Source: Octopus bimaculoides
Lineage: Eukaryota
Assembly (NCBI RefSeq): GCF_001194135.2
Contig: NC_068985.1
Coordinates: 118,083,125-118,147,124, forward strand
Direction of reading: 5' to 3'
DNA length: 64,000 bases
The translations under genes and the position numbers were made by a program. The stretch's first letter is position 1, and every line of letters begins with the position of its first letter. Below the pieces are notes generated by a model. That model made no database searches, had not been told where the DNA came from, and saw only the letters and a program-made list of their open reading frames with translations. Shown here in pieces: positions 12,340 to 25,199 of the stretch.

Positions 12340-12670
12340 CTTTTTCGTCATAATTTTCAGAAAAATGGATTTTTTTCTTTTAGTATAAATTTTTACAAAT
12401 ACCTTTCCAATGGTGTAGATAACGATTATATCGGAATTTAGTGTGGAAAAACATAAAATTGGTGGGCACATATATCTTCAAAGTGAAACTAGAAATTTTG
12501 AGAAAATTATGCGATATATGTCAGTATATATATGTACGCACCCACCTTTTTTTTTTTTTTTTTCCTCGCATTGAATTCTGATATAATCGTAATCTGCACC
12601 ATCTGAAAGGTATTTGTAGAAAATTTCTTAAAAGAATATACATTTCTCTGGAAGTTATGAGGAAACAAAA
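12340..12670. mobile_element. Fold-back MITE-like element (copy 2)
   Basis: Forward module at ~12340-12452 and inverted module at ~12563-12670 around a gtgggcac...gcacccac core; same family as 9050-9930. Confidence 0.6.
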
Positions 12671-13453
12671 CCAGTGGGATGAGCACACATCAATAGTCAT
12701 GCTATATGATGGTCATGACTTTCTTGAAGACATTGTCTTCTGTGAAATGGAATTAGATAGAAGTAAGCTGAGGAAGACAGCCAACTGACATTACATAGCT
12801 TAGTGGTTAGGATGCTGAAGCCATGGTCATGAGATTGTAGTTTCAATTTCTGGACCAGATGATGCACTGTGTTCTTGAGCAAAACACTTCATTTCACATT
12901 GCTTCAGTCCACTCAGCTGACAAAAATGAGTAATCCTGCGATGGGCTGGAAAACTGGCCCTATGAGTCCGTATGATTCAAGAGAGATTTTTATCCTTTTG
13001 TATATTAGACCAGTGTTTCTCAACTGGGGTTCTGCGAGAAAGAGTGAGATAAGCTAATGCTAATTTCATGATCGTAATATTACTATACATGCACAACATA
13101 TTACTGGTTATTGTAATATTGTAATATATATATATATATATATAAATTATTTTATAATTATAACAAGGGATCAGCTTAATGCATCACCATGCACTGCTAG
13201 AAATAGACGTTAAAGTCTTTTTTACTTCAAACCATATAACTCATGCCAGCATGGAAAACAGACATTAGATGATGATGATGATGATGATAATGAATAGCAG
13301 TTTTTAAACATTGAATGGTTAGGTTGGTACACCTGAATAAAATATTAAAAATGGCTGAAAAACACTTCTAATATATTAGGTGTTAAATGTTGATGATAAT
13401 TTGTCTTAACATTTTTTTTATATCATGTTATTACCAACAGGTTTATCACAGTC

Positions 13454-13573
13454 ATGCCTCAAGTTTTTCATGTGGTCAGGTGCTGTGAATGTGAAACGTT
13501 TCAAGTACAGCAGGTGAAGAAAGTGAGGAAATGGTCGTGTAAAGTATGTGGACAAAAGCAATCCTTAATCAAG
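13454..13573 (+). CDS. MRNIP: MRNIP first coding exon (acceptor AG at 13439-13440 implies an upstream non-coding exon)
   Basis: CxxC..CxxC motif; donor AAG|gtatgt after 13573; U-rich tract plus caacag ahead of 13441. Confidence 0.92.
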
Positions 13574-16500
13574 GTATGTGCCTCTATGACTTTTTCACCT
13601 TTATCAGTTTTGTATGTCCATTGCAGAGCATTTTATTTTTAGTTCTGTTCTAACTTTTAGACCAATGCTTCTAAAATTGGAAAGGATTCTGATCTATTAA
13701 GCCTTTTGATTACCAACCTGCCTGACACTTCTTCTGGTTCTATTACACAAACTTCCCATTTTAATGTGATCATCAAACAGGTAACACCTTATGTGGGTGA
13801 AGACTTTTATCCTGGAGTGCTGCTGTTTCTCCCTTCCCTACCCACTATCTTCAGTGCTTGACATTTTTATAGAGAACCCATTTCTCATCACCTGTCACTA
13901 TTCGGACCAAACAAAGGTTCATTCTTGAGACATGACAGCAAAGAAAAGCACACATTCACTCTCTGCACACAATTAGACTCAGAAATTTTGTGATGAACCC
14001 ATTGACACATTTTGCTGACTTTTCCGATGGCATGCAGGTGTTAATGAATAGTTGAATGACCAAATTCAAGCTTTTCTGCTAGTTCCTCAACAGTTATGAT
14101 GGGATTTTGTTCCACCAGGGTTTGCAGGATGTCCTTGTCTCCTAGGCTGTAGTTTCCGGCTTGGGATTTCTTGAACCACCGTTGACACTAGCTTACACTT
14201 ATTGTCTGATCCCCATATACTGCATTAATATTCCTTGCACTTTCTGTTGCATTTATTGAACTCAAAAAGTAAAATATGCCGAATATACTCCTTTGTCACT
14301 TTCATTATAGCTTTGAAAAAATAACTGTTAAAATCGAACTGTACTCTTCAAAACTTGCACTAAGAATAAGGACAAGGTAAAATTACTACCTGCTTTTATA
14401 GCAAGTTGATGCAGGTAGTTTATTCTGTGCCCTTCCGACTTTTAGTTCATGCAATTGCAAAAACTGCATTATTTAAGGGATGACTTAATATATATATATA
14501 TATATATGTATGTGTCTTTGTGTCTGTGTTTGTCCCCTACCATTGCTTGACAACTGGTGTTGGTGTGTTTAGGTCCCCATAGCTTAGTGGTTTGGCAAAA
14601 AAGGCTGATAAAATAAGTACCAAGCTTAACAAAAAAAAAGTACTGAGGTTGATTCATTTGACTAAAAATTCAGGGTGGTGCCCCAGCATGGCCACAGTCT
14701 AATGACTGAAACAGACAAATTAAAGGCAAAGCCACCATCACTCACCACATGTCAGTAAAGAAAACCTCTTTCCCAAAGATTGGCAAAATAGTCAATATTG
14801 TTTCCTGGGGATCAGTGTGATTACCCAAGGGGTTAATAAACATCTAAAACGATTTTGCATATTAAGTGTACTAGATTATTAGTAAACTGAATGACTTAGA
14901 AGAGTGCAGTAACTTAAAGCTAGAACTCATCAATTTCCAGCTAAATATCAATACAATAACTTGTACTCACCAAACACATATTTCACATTAAATATTTTAA
15001 CCATTTTCATATAATGTGACTGAATTTTTATTGTTCTTTAACCCTTTTGTTACTGTATTTATTTTGAGATGCTCTGTTTCTTTCAAGTACTTTAACCCTT
15101 TAGCGTTCAGATTAATTTGGCAAAAATAATCCTTATTTATTCACATTTAAAAAAATTTATCTGATATTATTTTGTAGCTTCAAGATAGGAAAGATGTAAT
15201 TGCTTATTTTTAAAATGACATTGCAGGGTAGGTGTGAGATGCTGGTTCTGGCCAGTTTGAGTATAAAATGTGTAGAATATTTGGGCCGGATACAGCCGGT
15301 TTAAACACTAAAGGGTTAAATATAACAAGGAATTTAGTAAAATAACTTAGTTATCATTAAGCTCGTGTTAAGAACATAAATTGTGACTAAGGTTTGGTGG
15401 AAGATTTTAATTTAGAACTTTCAAAAACAAGATATTTGTACTACAGAGCCAGAGCCAGTTTCAGCCGGGTTAGTAACGAAAGAGATAAATGACACAAAAA
15501 AAACAAAGGCGTGGCTGTGTGGTAAGAAGTTTGCTTCCCAACCACATGGTTCCAGATTCAATCCCACTGCGTGGCACCTTGGGCAAGTGTCTCCTACTAT
15601 AGCCTTGGGCTGATCAAAACCTTGTGAGTGAAATTTGTAGATGGAAACTGAAACAAGCCTGTTGTATGTTAAGGGTAGGTGGGAGTAACTGGAAAGAAGA
15701 TAAAGAAGATGGTGACAAAATGCCAGAAGGAACTCTGAAGATACAAGGAAGTGAGTATAAGAGAGAATATGGATCCTATCAAACTGTCTAAACCGTGCCA
15801 ACCTGGAGAACAGATATTAAATGATGATTATTGTGGGGTCTCCTGTTAAATCAGTAACCTTAACCCTTTTGATAGCAACCTACCTGAGACTGCTCCTAGG
15901 TCTATGATACAAATTTCATGTTTGTGGTCATCATCATCATCATCTGATGTCTGGTCTCCATACTGGCATGGGTTTGACAGTTTAACAGGGGGCTGTCCAG
16001 ACTCCAACTGTCTGTTGTGGCATAGTTTGGTTTCTACAACTGGATGCCCTTCCTAACGCCAACCATTTAATAGAGCGTGCTGGATGCTTTTTACATGTCA
16101 ATATATATACATATATAAATATATAAGTACATACATACATATATATATATATATATAGATATATCATCATCGTTTAACGTCTGGTCTCCATGCTAGCATG
16201 AGTTGGATGGTTTGACATGGAGCAGGTTAACTGTCTGTTGTGGCATGGTTTCTACGGCTGGATACCCTTCCTAACACCAACCACTTAGCAGAGTGTACTG
16301 GGTGCTTTTTACATGCCATCGTAAATTAAGACCTTCCATCAAAATGTCATGTTAATTTATGTTTTAAGCACTATCATAATAATAATGACAGTTGTTTTAC
16401 TAAATTCTTTGTTAGCTTCAAAATTAATTGGAACAAAAGCAGCATATTTCAACAAAAAATATGGTAACAAAACGGTTAATGCTAAATGTTATTATTGTTG

Positions 16501-17192
16501 CAGGAGTATGGCAGAGGGTCTGGAGCTGACTGCCGGCATCATGTCCAGAAATTGAACTCGTTACGCCAGGATATGGATCGAAAGGAATTTGAGGAGAACC
16601 TTGCTGTACTCTGTCAGCCAGAACAACAACAGAAACATCCACAGAAACAACCACAACATCAACAAAATGTTGAACAAGATTCAGTGAGTTACTTTGAAAT
16701 AAATCAGAAATATAAATTTCCAGGAATTATATTTAACAAATGGAGAAAGGTGGTTCCTGAAAGGTGCTGGTGTGGTAAATACATTTGCTTCTTAGCGACA
16801 TGGTTTTGGGTTCATTCCCACTGCATAGCACCTTGTTTCTACTATAGCCCCCAGACTGCACAATAGTAGTGTGATTGGATTTGGTTGGCAGAAACTGAAA
16901 AGAAGCCTATTGTGTGTGTATACATATATCATCATCATCATCATCATCATCATCATTGTTTTAATGTATACTTTTTCATGTTTGTATGGGTCAGATGGAA
17001 TTTGTTGAGGCAGATTTTCTACAGCCGGATGCCCTTCCTGTTGCTAGCCCTCACCTGTTTCTAAGCAAGGTGATGTTCCCCACCCCCATGACAAGATAAG
17101 TTTTCACAGAATATTGGAAATAAAGCGCCACTTGCATGATGGCGATAATCTATAAATATTATTATTATTATTATTATTATTACTACTAATAC

Positions 17193-17230
<38 letters not shown>

Positions 17231-20198
17231 GGAAGAAAGTAATGAATGTACCTCCTCTGGACAGACTTGCAACAGGTGGCAGAAGTTTCTCAATTCGAAT
17301 CCTGATACTGAATCAGTTTATGAGGATCCAGAAGACGATGACACTGCTAGTATTGCTGACCAGTTTGAGGTGGGAAGTTTCCAAAATTTCCGAAAGTGAG
17401 TTTGTCACATTTTATTGATCCTCCTTTTAAATTAGCCCTTTTGATACCAAGCTGCCTGAAAGCACTCCTGTTATGAAAGTGGTCTAAATTGAAACCGTCT
17501 ATCAAAATTTCATGTTAGTTTGTATTCCAGACACCAGCATAATAATGACAGTTGTTTTAATTAATTCTTCATTATCTTCAAAATTAATGAAACAAAAGCA
17601 GTATATTTCATGGTTTTGGACCAGTCCTAGTGTAACACTTTGGGCAAGTAAGTGTCTTTTACTCTAGCCCCAGACCCTTTTGTGTAGATTTGATAGGGCA
17701 AAGTTGAAAGAACCCTGTTATATATATTTATATATGTATGTGTGTGTTTGTGTTTGTACTTTCACCACTACTTGACAACTGGTGTTGGTTTGTTTACATC
17801 CCTATAACTTAGCAGTTTGGTGGAAAGAAACTGTTTGATCTGTTTAACTAAAACCTTTAAGGTAATGCCCTTACATGTCCAAAGTCTGAAGGCTGAAACA
17901 AGTAAATGATGAAAAATATATTGGGTCATCCCATAAATAATGCAGTTTATTTATACTTCTTTTATTTTTCAAAATTAAAATAAAGTTCATTTTAATCTAA
18001 AATATACTCTCCTTCATTTTCTACAATGCTCTTCCATCTATCTGGTAGATTTGCAAGGCCCCTCTTCCAAAATTCACTTGTCCATGACAAGAATACTCCT
18101 CCAGTACTATTCTGACCTCATCTACAAAATTCATATTTTTTTCATCCAAATGGTTTTGAAGACTGCAGAATAAATGATAATCAGATGGAGCAATGTCTGA
18201 TGAATATGGTGGGTGAGGCATCATTTCCTATTCAAACTGCTCTAGCTTTTGGAATGTCATCCTTGCTGTATGTGGCCAAGCATTATCTTGATGGAAGAAC
18301 ACCTTTTGTCTTGAAGCCAAAGATGGTCGTTTTCTTCTTGCACTGACTTTAGCCACTCAAGCTGCTCACAGTAGATCTCCTTTGTTATTGTTTGGTTTGG
18401 GTTTAAAAGTTCAAAGTGGACTAAACCTTTCATATCCTACCAAACAGATAATAACACCTTACATGGGTGAAGACATTCTTTAGCCTGGGGTGCCGGTGTT
18501 TCTGCTTTCTCCACCCACTGTCTTCAGTGCTTGACATTTTTATAGAGAACCCATTTCTCGTCACCAGTCACTATTTGGTCCAAAAAAAGTTTCATTTGTG
18601 AGACATGACAGCAAAGAAGAGCACACATTCCCTCTCTGCACGCAATCAGACTCGGAAACTTTGTGAGGAACCCATTGACCCAATTTGCTGACTTTTCTGA
18701 TGGCATGCAGTTGTCGATGAATGGCTGAATGGCCAAATGGCCAAATCCAAGCTTCTCTGTTAGTTTCTCAATAGTTACAATGGGATTTTGTTCCAGGGTT
18801 TGCAGGATGTCCTCATTGAGCTCTACAGTTCTTCCAGGACAAGGCTCATCTTCTAGGCTGGAATTTCTGGAACCACCATTGACACTAGATTACACTTATT
18901 GTCCAATCCCCATATACTGCATTAATATTCCTCACACTTTCTGTTGCATTGTTGCCTTTATTGAATTCAAAAAACAAAATATGTTGAATATGCTCCTTTG
19001 CCACTTCCATTATAGCTTTGAAAAAATAACTATTAAAATGGAACTGCACTCTTCAAAACTTGCACTAAGAATAAGGACAAGGTAAAATTACAACCTGCTT
19101 TTATAGCAAGTTGATGCAGGTAGTTTATCCAATCTCCCTCTGACTTTTAGTTCATGCGATTGAAAAAAATGCATTATTTATTGGATAACCCAATACACTC
19201 ACCCTCCCCACACACACACACACACACACAAATACATGTATATACATATATCTATGCGTGCACGCCATTGTTTTAACCTTTATTTTCTTCACAATTTCAG
19301 ACGTCCAAAATGGTCAGTTTCAGAATCAAATCACTACAGAAAAACAGTCTCCAAACACCGTCCACCTGATGCCTCCTTCAATGACTACCACCACCGCTAC
19401 ATCCAGGCACTAAAAAGTGAACCCTCTCTGAATGCAGAACAGCATCGGCCTTCCTCTGAAAACGTCACTGGTCAACGTAAGATGACAAAGTATTGCAGTA
19501 CCCAGGGTGCTCCTTTTACTAATTGCTTTACTAGAGAAAGTGACTTTACTGGAGTCCAGTTTGTTTCTAATACTGGCCATCGTCCTGGAAATGTTTTCAA
19601 ACCTGCATCACATGTCACACCAACAAATCTCATGCCATCAGCTACTACTACTACTACAGCAACTGCTTCTACCACTGCTGCTATATGTGATGTTACTACT
19701 GCCAGTGCCATAAAACATGATGAAGTAATGTATTCGTGTTCAACAAGACGGTCATCACTACTTGACAATTCTCCTGATAAGGCTAGTAACACGCCATCAT
19801 CATCATCTTTCCATCAAAAGTCACCGATTGGTTCCTCTAAAGATGTTCATTCTACTAGTTCCTCCTCATCAAAGTGGAGCTGTTTTTTAAGCAACCCATG
19901 CCAAATGGAGGATTCTGTTGATGACAGTGATGATGACGATGATGATGATGATAAAGATGATGGAGATGGTATTGGTAGTGATGGTGGAGGTGTTGGTATT
20001 AATAATATGAATACTGGTTCGGTCACACAGTTCAACCCATACAACAGAACTCAACATGAAATACCTACATTTGGGAACAGTTTGCTTTCTGCAAAGGAGA
20101 ATTCCATTGTGACGTCTGCAACTGTGATCCCTAAGGATTTCACTGGTGTAGACAATATGTTCAATCTAGATGAAAATGAATTTGATTTTACTTTCTAA
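13454..20198 (+). CDS. MRNIP: MRN complex-interacting protein (C5orf45 homolog); spliced CDS 13454-13573, 16504-16683, 17232-17395, 19301-20198 (453 aa)
   Basis: The N-terminus MPQVFHVVRCCECETFQVQQVKKVRKWSCKVCGQKQSLIK|EYGRGSGADCRHHVQKLN matches the MRNIP/UPF0544 zinc-ribbon signature. All junctions are GT-AG and phases are consistent (0,0,2). Total 1362 nt is one open frame ending in TAA at 20198. Confidence 0.93.
13770..14488 (-). mobile_element. Mariner element, 5' half only (same family as 17921-19193)
   Basis: Colinear with ~18450-19193; TIR gcattatttaagggatgacttaa followed by TA; VTGDEKWVL-like motif. Confidence 0.85.
15042..15490. mobile_element. Nested piggyBac-type (TTAA) MITEs; inner element 15096-15315
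   Basis: Inner TTAA|ccctttagcgtt ... aacactaaaggg|TTAA sits inside an outer element starting TTAA|cccttttgttac. Confidence 0.7.
16504..16683 (+). CDS. MRNIP: MRNIP coding exon 2
   Basis: ttgcag|GAGTATGGC... encodes YGRGSGADCRHHVQKLN; donor TCA|gtgagt; 180 nt, phase 0-0. Confidence 0.92.
17157..17230. repeat. (TTA)n microsatellite
   Basis: About 25 units with a short tac/taat interruption; abuts the MRNIP acceptor AG at 17230-17231. Confidence 0.95.
17232..17395 (+). CDS. MRNIP: MRNIP coding exon 3
   Basis: Encodes EESNECTSSGQTCNRWQKFLNSNPDTESVYEDPEDDD...FQNFR; donor AA|gtgagt; its phase 2 end joins in frame to the exon at 19301. Confidence 0.8.
17921..19193 (-). mobile_element. Full-length degenerate mariner (DD34D) transposon, 1273 bp, in MRNIP intron
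   Basis: TA|ttgggtcatcccataaataatgc ... gcattatttattggataacccaa|TA; motifs MEVAKEHIQHIL, IVTGDEKWVLY, PHPPYSSDIAPSDYHLF; multiple stops and frameshifts. Confidence 0.92.
19301..20198 (+). CDS. MRNIP: MRNIP terminal coding exon (low-complexity S/T/D-rich region)
   Basis: ttttcttcacaatttcag| acceptor; long open frame with an SKWSCFL motif and acidic end FNLDENEFDFTF*. Confidence 0.88.
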
Positions 20199-22269
20199 TA
20201 ATTCAGTGAATTTGATTTTTTTGTTGTTGTTTTTTTAAACTCTAGAACAGTGGTAAGATCAGCTGAAATGGTTCTATGACACTGTATGCTTTGATTAAAA
20301 CACACACACACACATAGATTGAAGAATTAACATAATCTTGGCTATCACCTTGTTAGTACATCATGCCGGATCCTGACTAGCATAGTATTTCAAAATTGAA
20401 AGAAGATACATCGGACTTCGATTGATATAAATGGGAGCACTGCACAACTTCAAAAATTCAGTAGGCTTAAAATAAGCCCTACAATGGGAATAATAAAAGT
20501 AATAATTTGAATGAAGAAAGAAGTAGTCAAACTGACTTTACAGTTGTCTCGGCAAATGGACAATATTGTTATTCCATTTCTCATACAATGTTATGTAATT
20601 ATGTCATAATGGAAATATGTAACAATTCTATAGTGCGTTCACTTCTTCAGATGTCATGATTTGAAGGCTCCTTTGACAATTGTAGTGTCAATTTGACTTC
20701 TCCTTTCCCCATTTATTATATATATATATATATATAAAATACAAGAGAAATTACCTATACCAGGCAATTTCTACATGCTAGAAGACAGTTAAGACGACCG
20801 AAAACCACAAAAAATTTTACCATTTCAAAGTGAAAGAAAAAATAAAAACTTTTACCTTATTTTAACGGTTAGACCTATAGGTTTCGAATTTTTTTAGTAA
20901 ATAAAATAATTTCCTAAACAAATTCTCTTCAGTAACCAGCCGTCAAGTAATTAACGTATAACTATGAGACAAAACACACGTGTCTCCTAGATATATGTTA
21001 TAATATTTTCAAAATGCACTGTGCAGGCACAGTTTCAGTCGGCAGAAAATGAAAAATGCCGAAACGAACTTTGAAATGCTAATATCAAATACTTGAGTAT
21101 ATATATGTACATATATAGACACACACATGCATGATAGGATTCCACAGTTTCCATCAACCAGATTCACTCACAAGGCATTGGCCAACCCAGGACTATAGTA
21201 GAAGCCGAAGGTGCCAAAACCATATGGTTACAAAGTGACCTTCTTGACAACACAATCATGCCTGTACCTGATAAATTTCATCCAGGAAGTGGGGAAGCAG
21301 TTCCTCTGGTCCCCAATAACACTATGAATTTCAGCACCAGCCTCACAGTAATATCTACGGGGATATTCCAAGGGAACATTACCTCTGATTACTTGCCATC
21401 TTCCTCATTTAACATCTATATTCTGTGCTAGCATGGGTTGGGCAGTTTGACAAGAACCAACAGCTTAGAGGACTGCGCCAGTGTATGCTTTGGTATGGTT
21501 CCTACAGCTAGATGCTCTTCCTAATGCCAACCATTTTATAGAGTGTACTGGGTCCCTTTTATGTGATACTGGCTCTTATGAGGTCACCAAGTATCTTTCA
21601 AGATAAAACACCTTAAATTTTATGCTAGTTAATAACAGAAAATGCAGTTTTGGAATATTACATTAGGAGAGAGAAGGAGGACTAAGTTCATTTAACATAT
21701 CTTATTCATAGATGATCTTAAGTTGCCAATTCCGAGCTTGAAAATCTGTTCACTTTTGTCAAACAAAGACATTAAGATGTCCTTTGGACTAGAAAAATTA
21801 TTAAATACTGACAATAGTATGAAGTAGACTTTCCANNNNNNNNNNNNNNNNNNNNNNNNNNNNNNNNNNNNNNNNNNNNNNNNNNNNNNNNNNNNNAGAT
21901 GGTTTGGAGCCCCAAGAATAGAAGATAATAGAGGACCTGCTATTCTGCATTCTATAAAGAATTGTGCATTTAATTAGTGTGGACATTTTCTGAATGTAAA
22001 TGAAAACTATGTATATTATCATCATCATTTAATGTCCATCTTCCATGTTGGAATGGGCAGGAGCTGGATTCCCAGAGAACTGCACCAAGCTCCACTGTCT
22101 GCTCTGGCATGGTTTCTACAGCTGGATGTCCTTCCTAATGCCAACCACTTTACAGTTTGCTGTATGTGCTTTTTTGTTTGCCATTCATTTCCGATATTCT
22201 TTGAAAACATGTCTGACCATGGGGAAATATTAGTTTACTTGGAAACAGGTGAGGGGTGGTGACCAGAAG

Positions 22270-22789
22270 GACATTCAGCCATAGAAAATCTGCATTGTTG
22301 TGAAGAATCCAGTTCTTCGCACTCCATAGATCCTGTTGCTTTTGCCTCAGGCGCTTCAAAACGTCGCAGTAGAACTCTAGATCAAGAGTCTGGCTCCGGC
22401 GAATGAATTCTCGATGCACAATACCACATTTCCGGTAGTGACACTCGTGACAGGTCTTCCGGGAACTTTCTTCCGCTTTCGTTGCACCCACGTCACTCGA
22501 AACATTGCATAGGACCCATTGCCTCGACGCCGTAAGCTTGCTGAAAGTATGCTCAATGTCTCTGTTGCAAATTTCCAAGTTTAACACAGAATTTCACGGC
22601 TCTTTGTTCCAACTTCCTGTCCATGACAAAATTGCAGATGACAACATACACGTGATCACAATTTGCGAAGTAAACACTGGTACCACATGACACATTGCCC
22701 CATGAAGGTCACTACTAGCTCTCACTGCGCTCGCAACCATCTGTTGGTGTACTACGGAACTAGTCCGGCAACATTTTGATACCCCCTCG
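22270..22789 (-). mobile_element. Internally deleted mariner (Hsmar2-like) element
   Basis: TIR TA|cgagggggtatcaaaatg; GIVHREFI..QTLDLEFYCDVLKRLR..WILHNNA. Confidence 0.8.
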
Positions 22790-23404
22790 TATGTATGCAA
22801 GCTTTTCCATTTTGTTTTGTGTCTATCTATGCATGGTTATGTTTTTAGTAAAAAAAATATGAGAAATATTTTTTAAACAAAATATAAAAAATTACATGAA
22901 CGTTAACGAACTGTTTGTATATGCTCTCTCACCTACCTATATGCGTGCGTAATCTACTCATATTCAGCACATTGGCTTAATATAATTATCTTCAGAAAGC
23001 CTCTTCACTATACAATTTGTTCAGTTAGTGTACTGTTCATAAATGCTTCTCCAGCACATATACAAATGTATTCTAATTGTAGTTTTTTCTTAAAATTTTA
23101 GTTCACTAAATGAATAGGCTCCAAATTACTTTTACGTATGCATAGTCTGCTAGTGGATTGTTGATCAAACTTCAGTTCGTTATGCGAGTTTAATTTCCTT
23201 CAGAAAACCATTTCGTATATGGGTATCACACTGTACAGAAATAACTGGCCTATCGACAGTGTGTGTATATTCTTTTCTACTCTAGACACAAGGCTCGAAA
23301 TTTTTGGGGAGGGGCCAATTGATTACATCGGCCCCTGTACACAACTAGTACTTAATTTATCGACCCCGAAAGGATGAAAGGCAAAGTCGACTTCGGCGGA
23401 AACT

Positions 23405-24020
23405 TTTTCTTGCAAATGTGTAATTAGTGGTCTTAATATATTTATCATTTATATTCAAACTTTCATTGTCTTGAAAATGGAGGCATTTCATGATTAAATC
23501 CAATCGATCCCTTCTCATAGCTTCATACACAGCCATATTTCTCAAGTCGTCACTGACTGCCCAGTAGTGTGCTTTACTTGGCAATGGATTATATAGCCTG
23601 ATACTATCAAAATAGCAAAAAATACTTCTAACTCTTCTTTAGTCACACTTATGTCATGCAAGTTTCTACACAGCGAATATTTTGTATTTTCACTGAACTA
23701 GCTCTTCGTCAAAAAACAACTCGAAAAGTTCTGCCGCAGAAAAATCTCTGTATGCAGAATAATTTCCTTGAGGAAATATAGGTCGCAATTTAAAGCTTCG
23801 TTTTGGGGGCCAAACATACGATGGCTTTGGCGTAGTTATTTTTCATTTCCGACTACCAGATGGACCCACAGACGTTGTTGGATGAGAAGTGGAAGTTAGG
23901 AATGTAGATTCAACTTCAGCATCTTCTTGCTCTTACATAAGCTTGTGCTGGGGCAATAAGTTGCTTTCCTGACAAATTTTCTATAAAGTATTCTTCCTCA
24001 CCTCTTGAATCTTCATCAGT
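23405..24020 (-). mobile_element. piggyBac transposase remnant
   Basis: PSKAHYWAVSDDLRNMAVYEAMRRDRLDLIMKCLHFQDN..NDKY matches the PGBD motif YW...AM.RDRF..I...LHF.DN. Confidence 0.75.
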
Positions 24021-24059
24021 TAGTGCAGGGGTTTTCAAACTTTTTCACTTGCGGACCCC

Positions 24060-24450
24060 TTTATATTTCAAGGCGCATGAAATCACGGCGGTACAACGTC
24101 CAAGTCTCGCAAGAGTAGTATTGACAGGACAATGATCTTTGTCCATGGAAGACCATGATCTTTGTCTGCATGGTCAGCGCGTGATTGAAGATTACACGTT
24201 GGCTGAGTCTGCCGAAGGCGGAGTGGGCTGCCCCAATCCAGTTCTCCACATCCTTTTCACACGTATGTGTAGTGTTCAACTTCTAGGGGTTGGCCATTGA
24301 TGCTAATGTTTGTAGGTAGACTGTTCTGGCCTGGTGCTGGTGGATCAGTGTCTTGGTCTTTAATGTGTTTACCTGTAGCCCGAAGCGTTCGTTAGCTGCT
24401 ATGTAAATTTGACAAATGCAACACGCCAGGTTAGGAACTGCAGGGGAGGG
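24060..24450 (-). mobile_element. RTE-BovB-like LINE RT fragment
   Basis: IGAAHSAFGRLSQRV..TKIMVF..YSCETWTLYRRD..LE. Confidence 0.75.
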
Positions 24451-25199
24451 GACTCTTGAACCATGATTTATAGCAAGTGAGATAATTCCCAATAGTTACC
24501 TCCCTTCAAAATTAAGTTTCCTGTTAGTTCGAGCAGCTATAAATAACAACCAAATAATAGCTTATTGTCTTTAAAAAAAAATAATAATAATAACATAACG
24601 TAATTTTACATACGCCGTATCTGAGTAGAAGACTGGAACACTTTTAACCCTTCGACTGCAAAATTAACTTTCGTAGTTATTCTAGTAGCGATGTTAAATA
24701 TCTACCAGAAAATAGAACTTTCCTGCAAGTCACATTGGATTTGTGGCATGTATCCCTTTGCTAAAGTTTACTGCACAGTATGTAATCCTCCTCCTTTTTA
24801 GTCACTTTATACTGGAAATAGTTTCAAAGATGACCTTCTTCAGCAAAAGATAAATTGGAAAAAACTAAATTTTGAGTAGATATATTTATTATCTGAAGTA
24901 AATGAGTTAATCATGAGTCTGCTTGAGTTGGAGCTAAACAACGTTTGTTTCAAGTTCTTTATTGCTCTGAGACAGTTGAGATCAGACATTGAAGAATTTT
25001 AAACAATGACGAAGACAAACTGTTTTAAATATGGATGTAACGTTTTAGGGAGTGTCTCATTGTGACTTTTTCTGTAAATTAAGTTCTTTGTGTTTGACTT
25101 TATTTGATTCTGTCTTCTATTGGTGTCTATATTAAACAATTATGTATGCATTTACTGGATTTGTTTATATCAGGGTTTGGCAACGTAATCAGTATTGAC

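Noticed and set aside
15508-16915. SINE A heads flanking MRNIP exon 2 as a circRNA-promoting inverted pair
   Set aside because: Both copies are in the same orientation.
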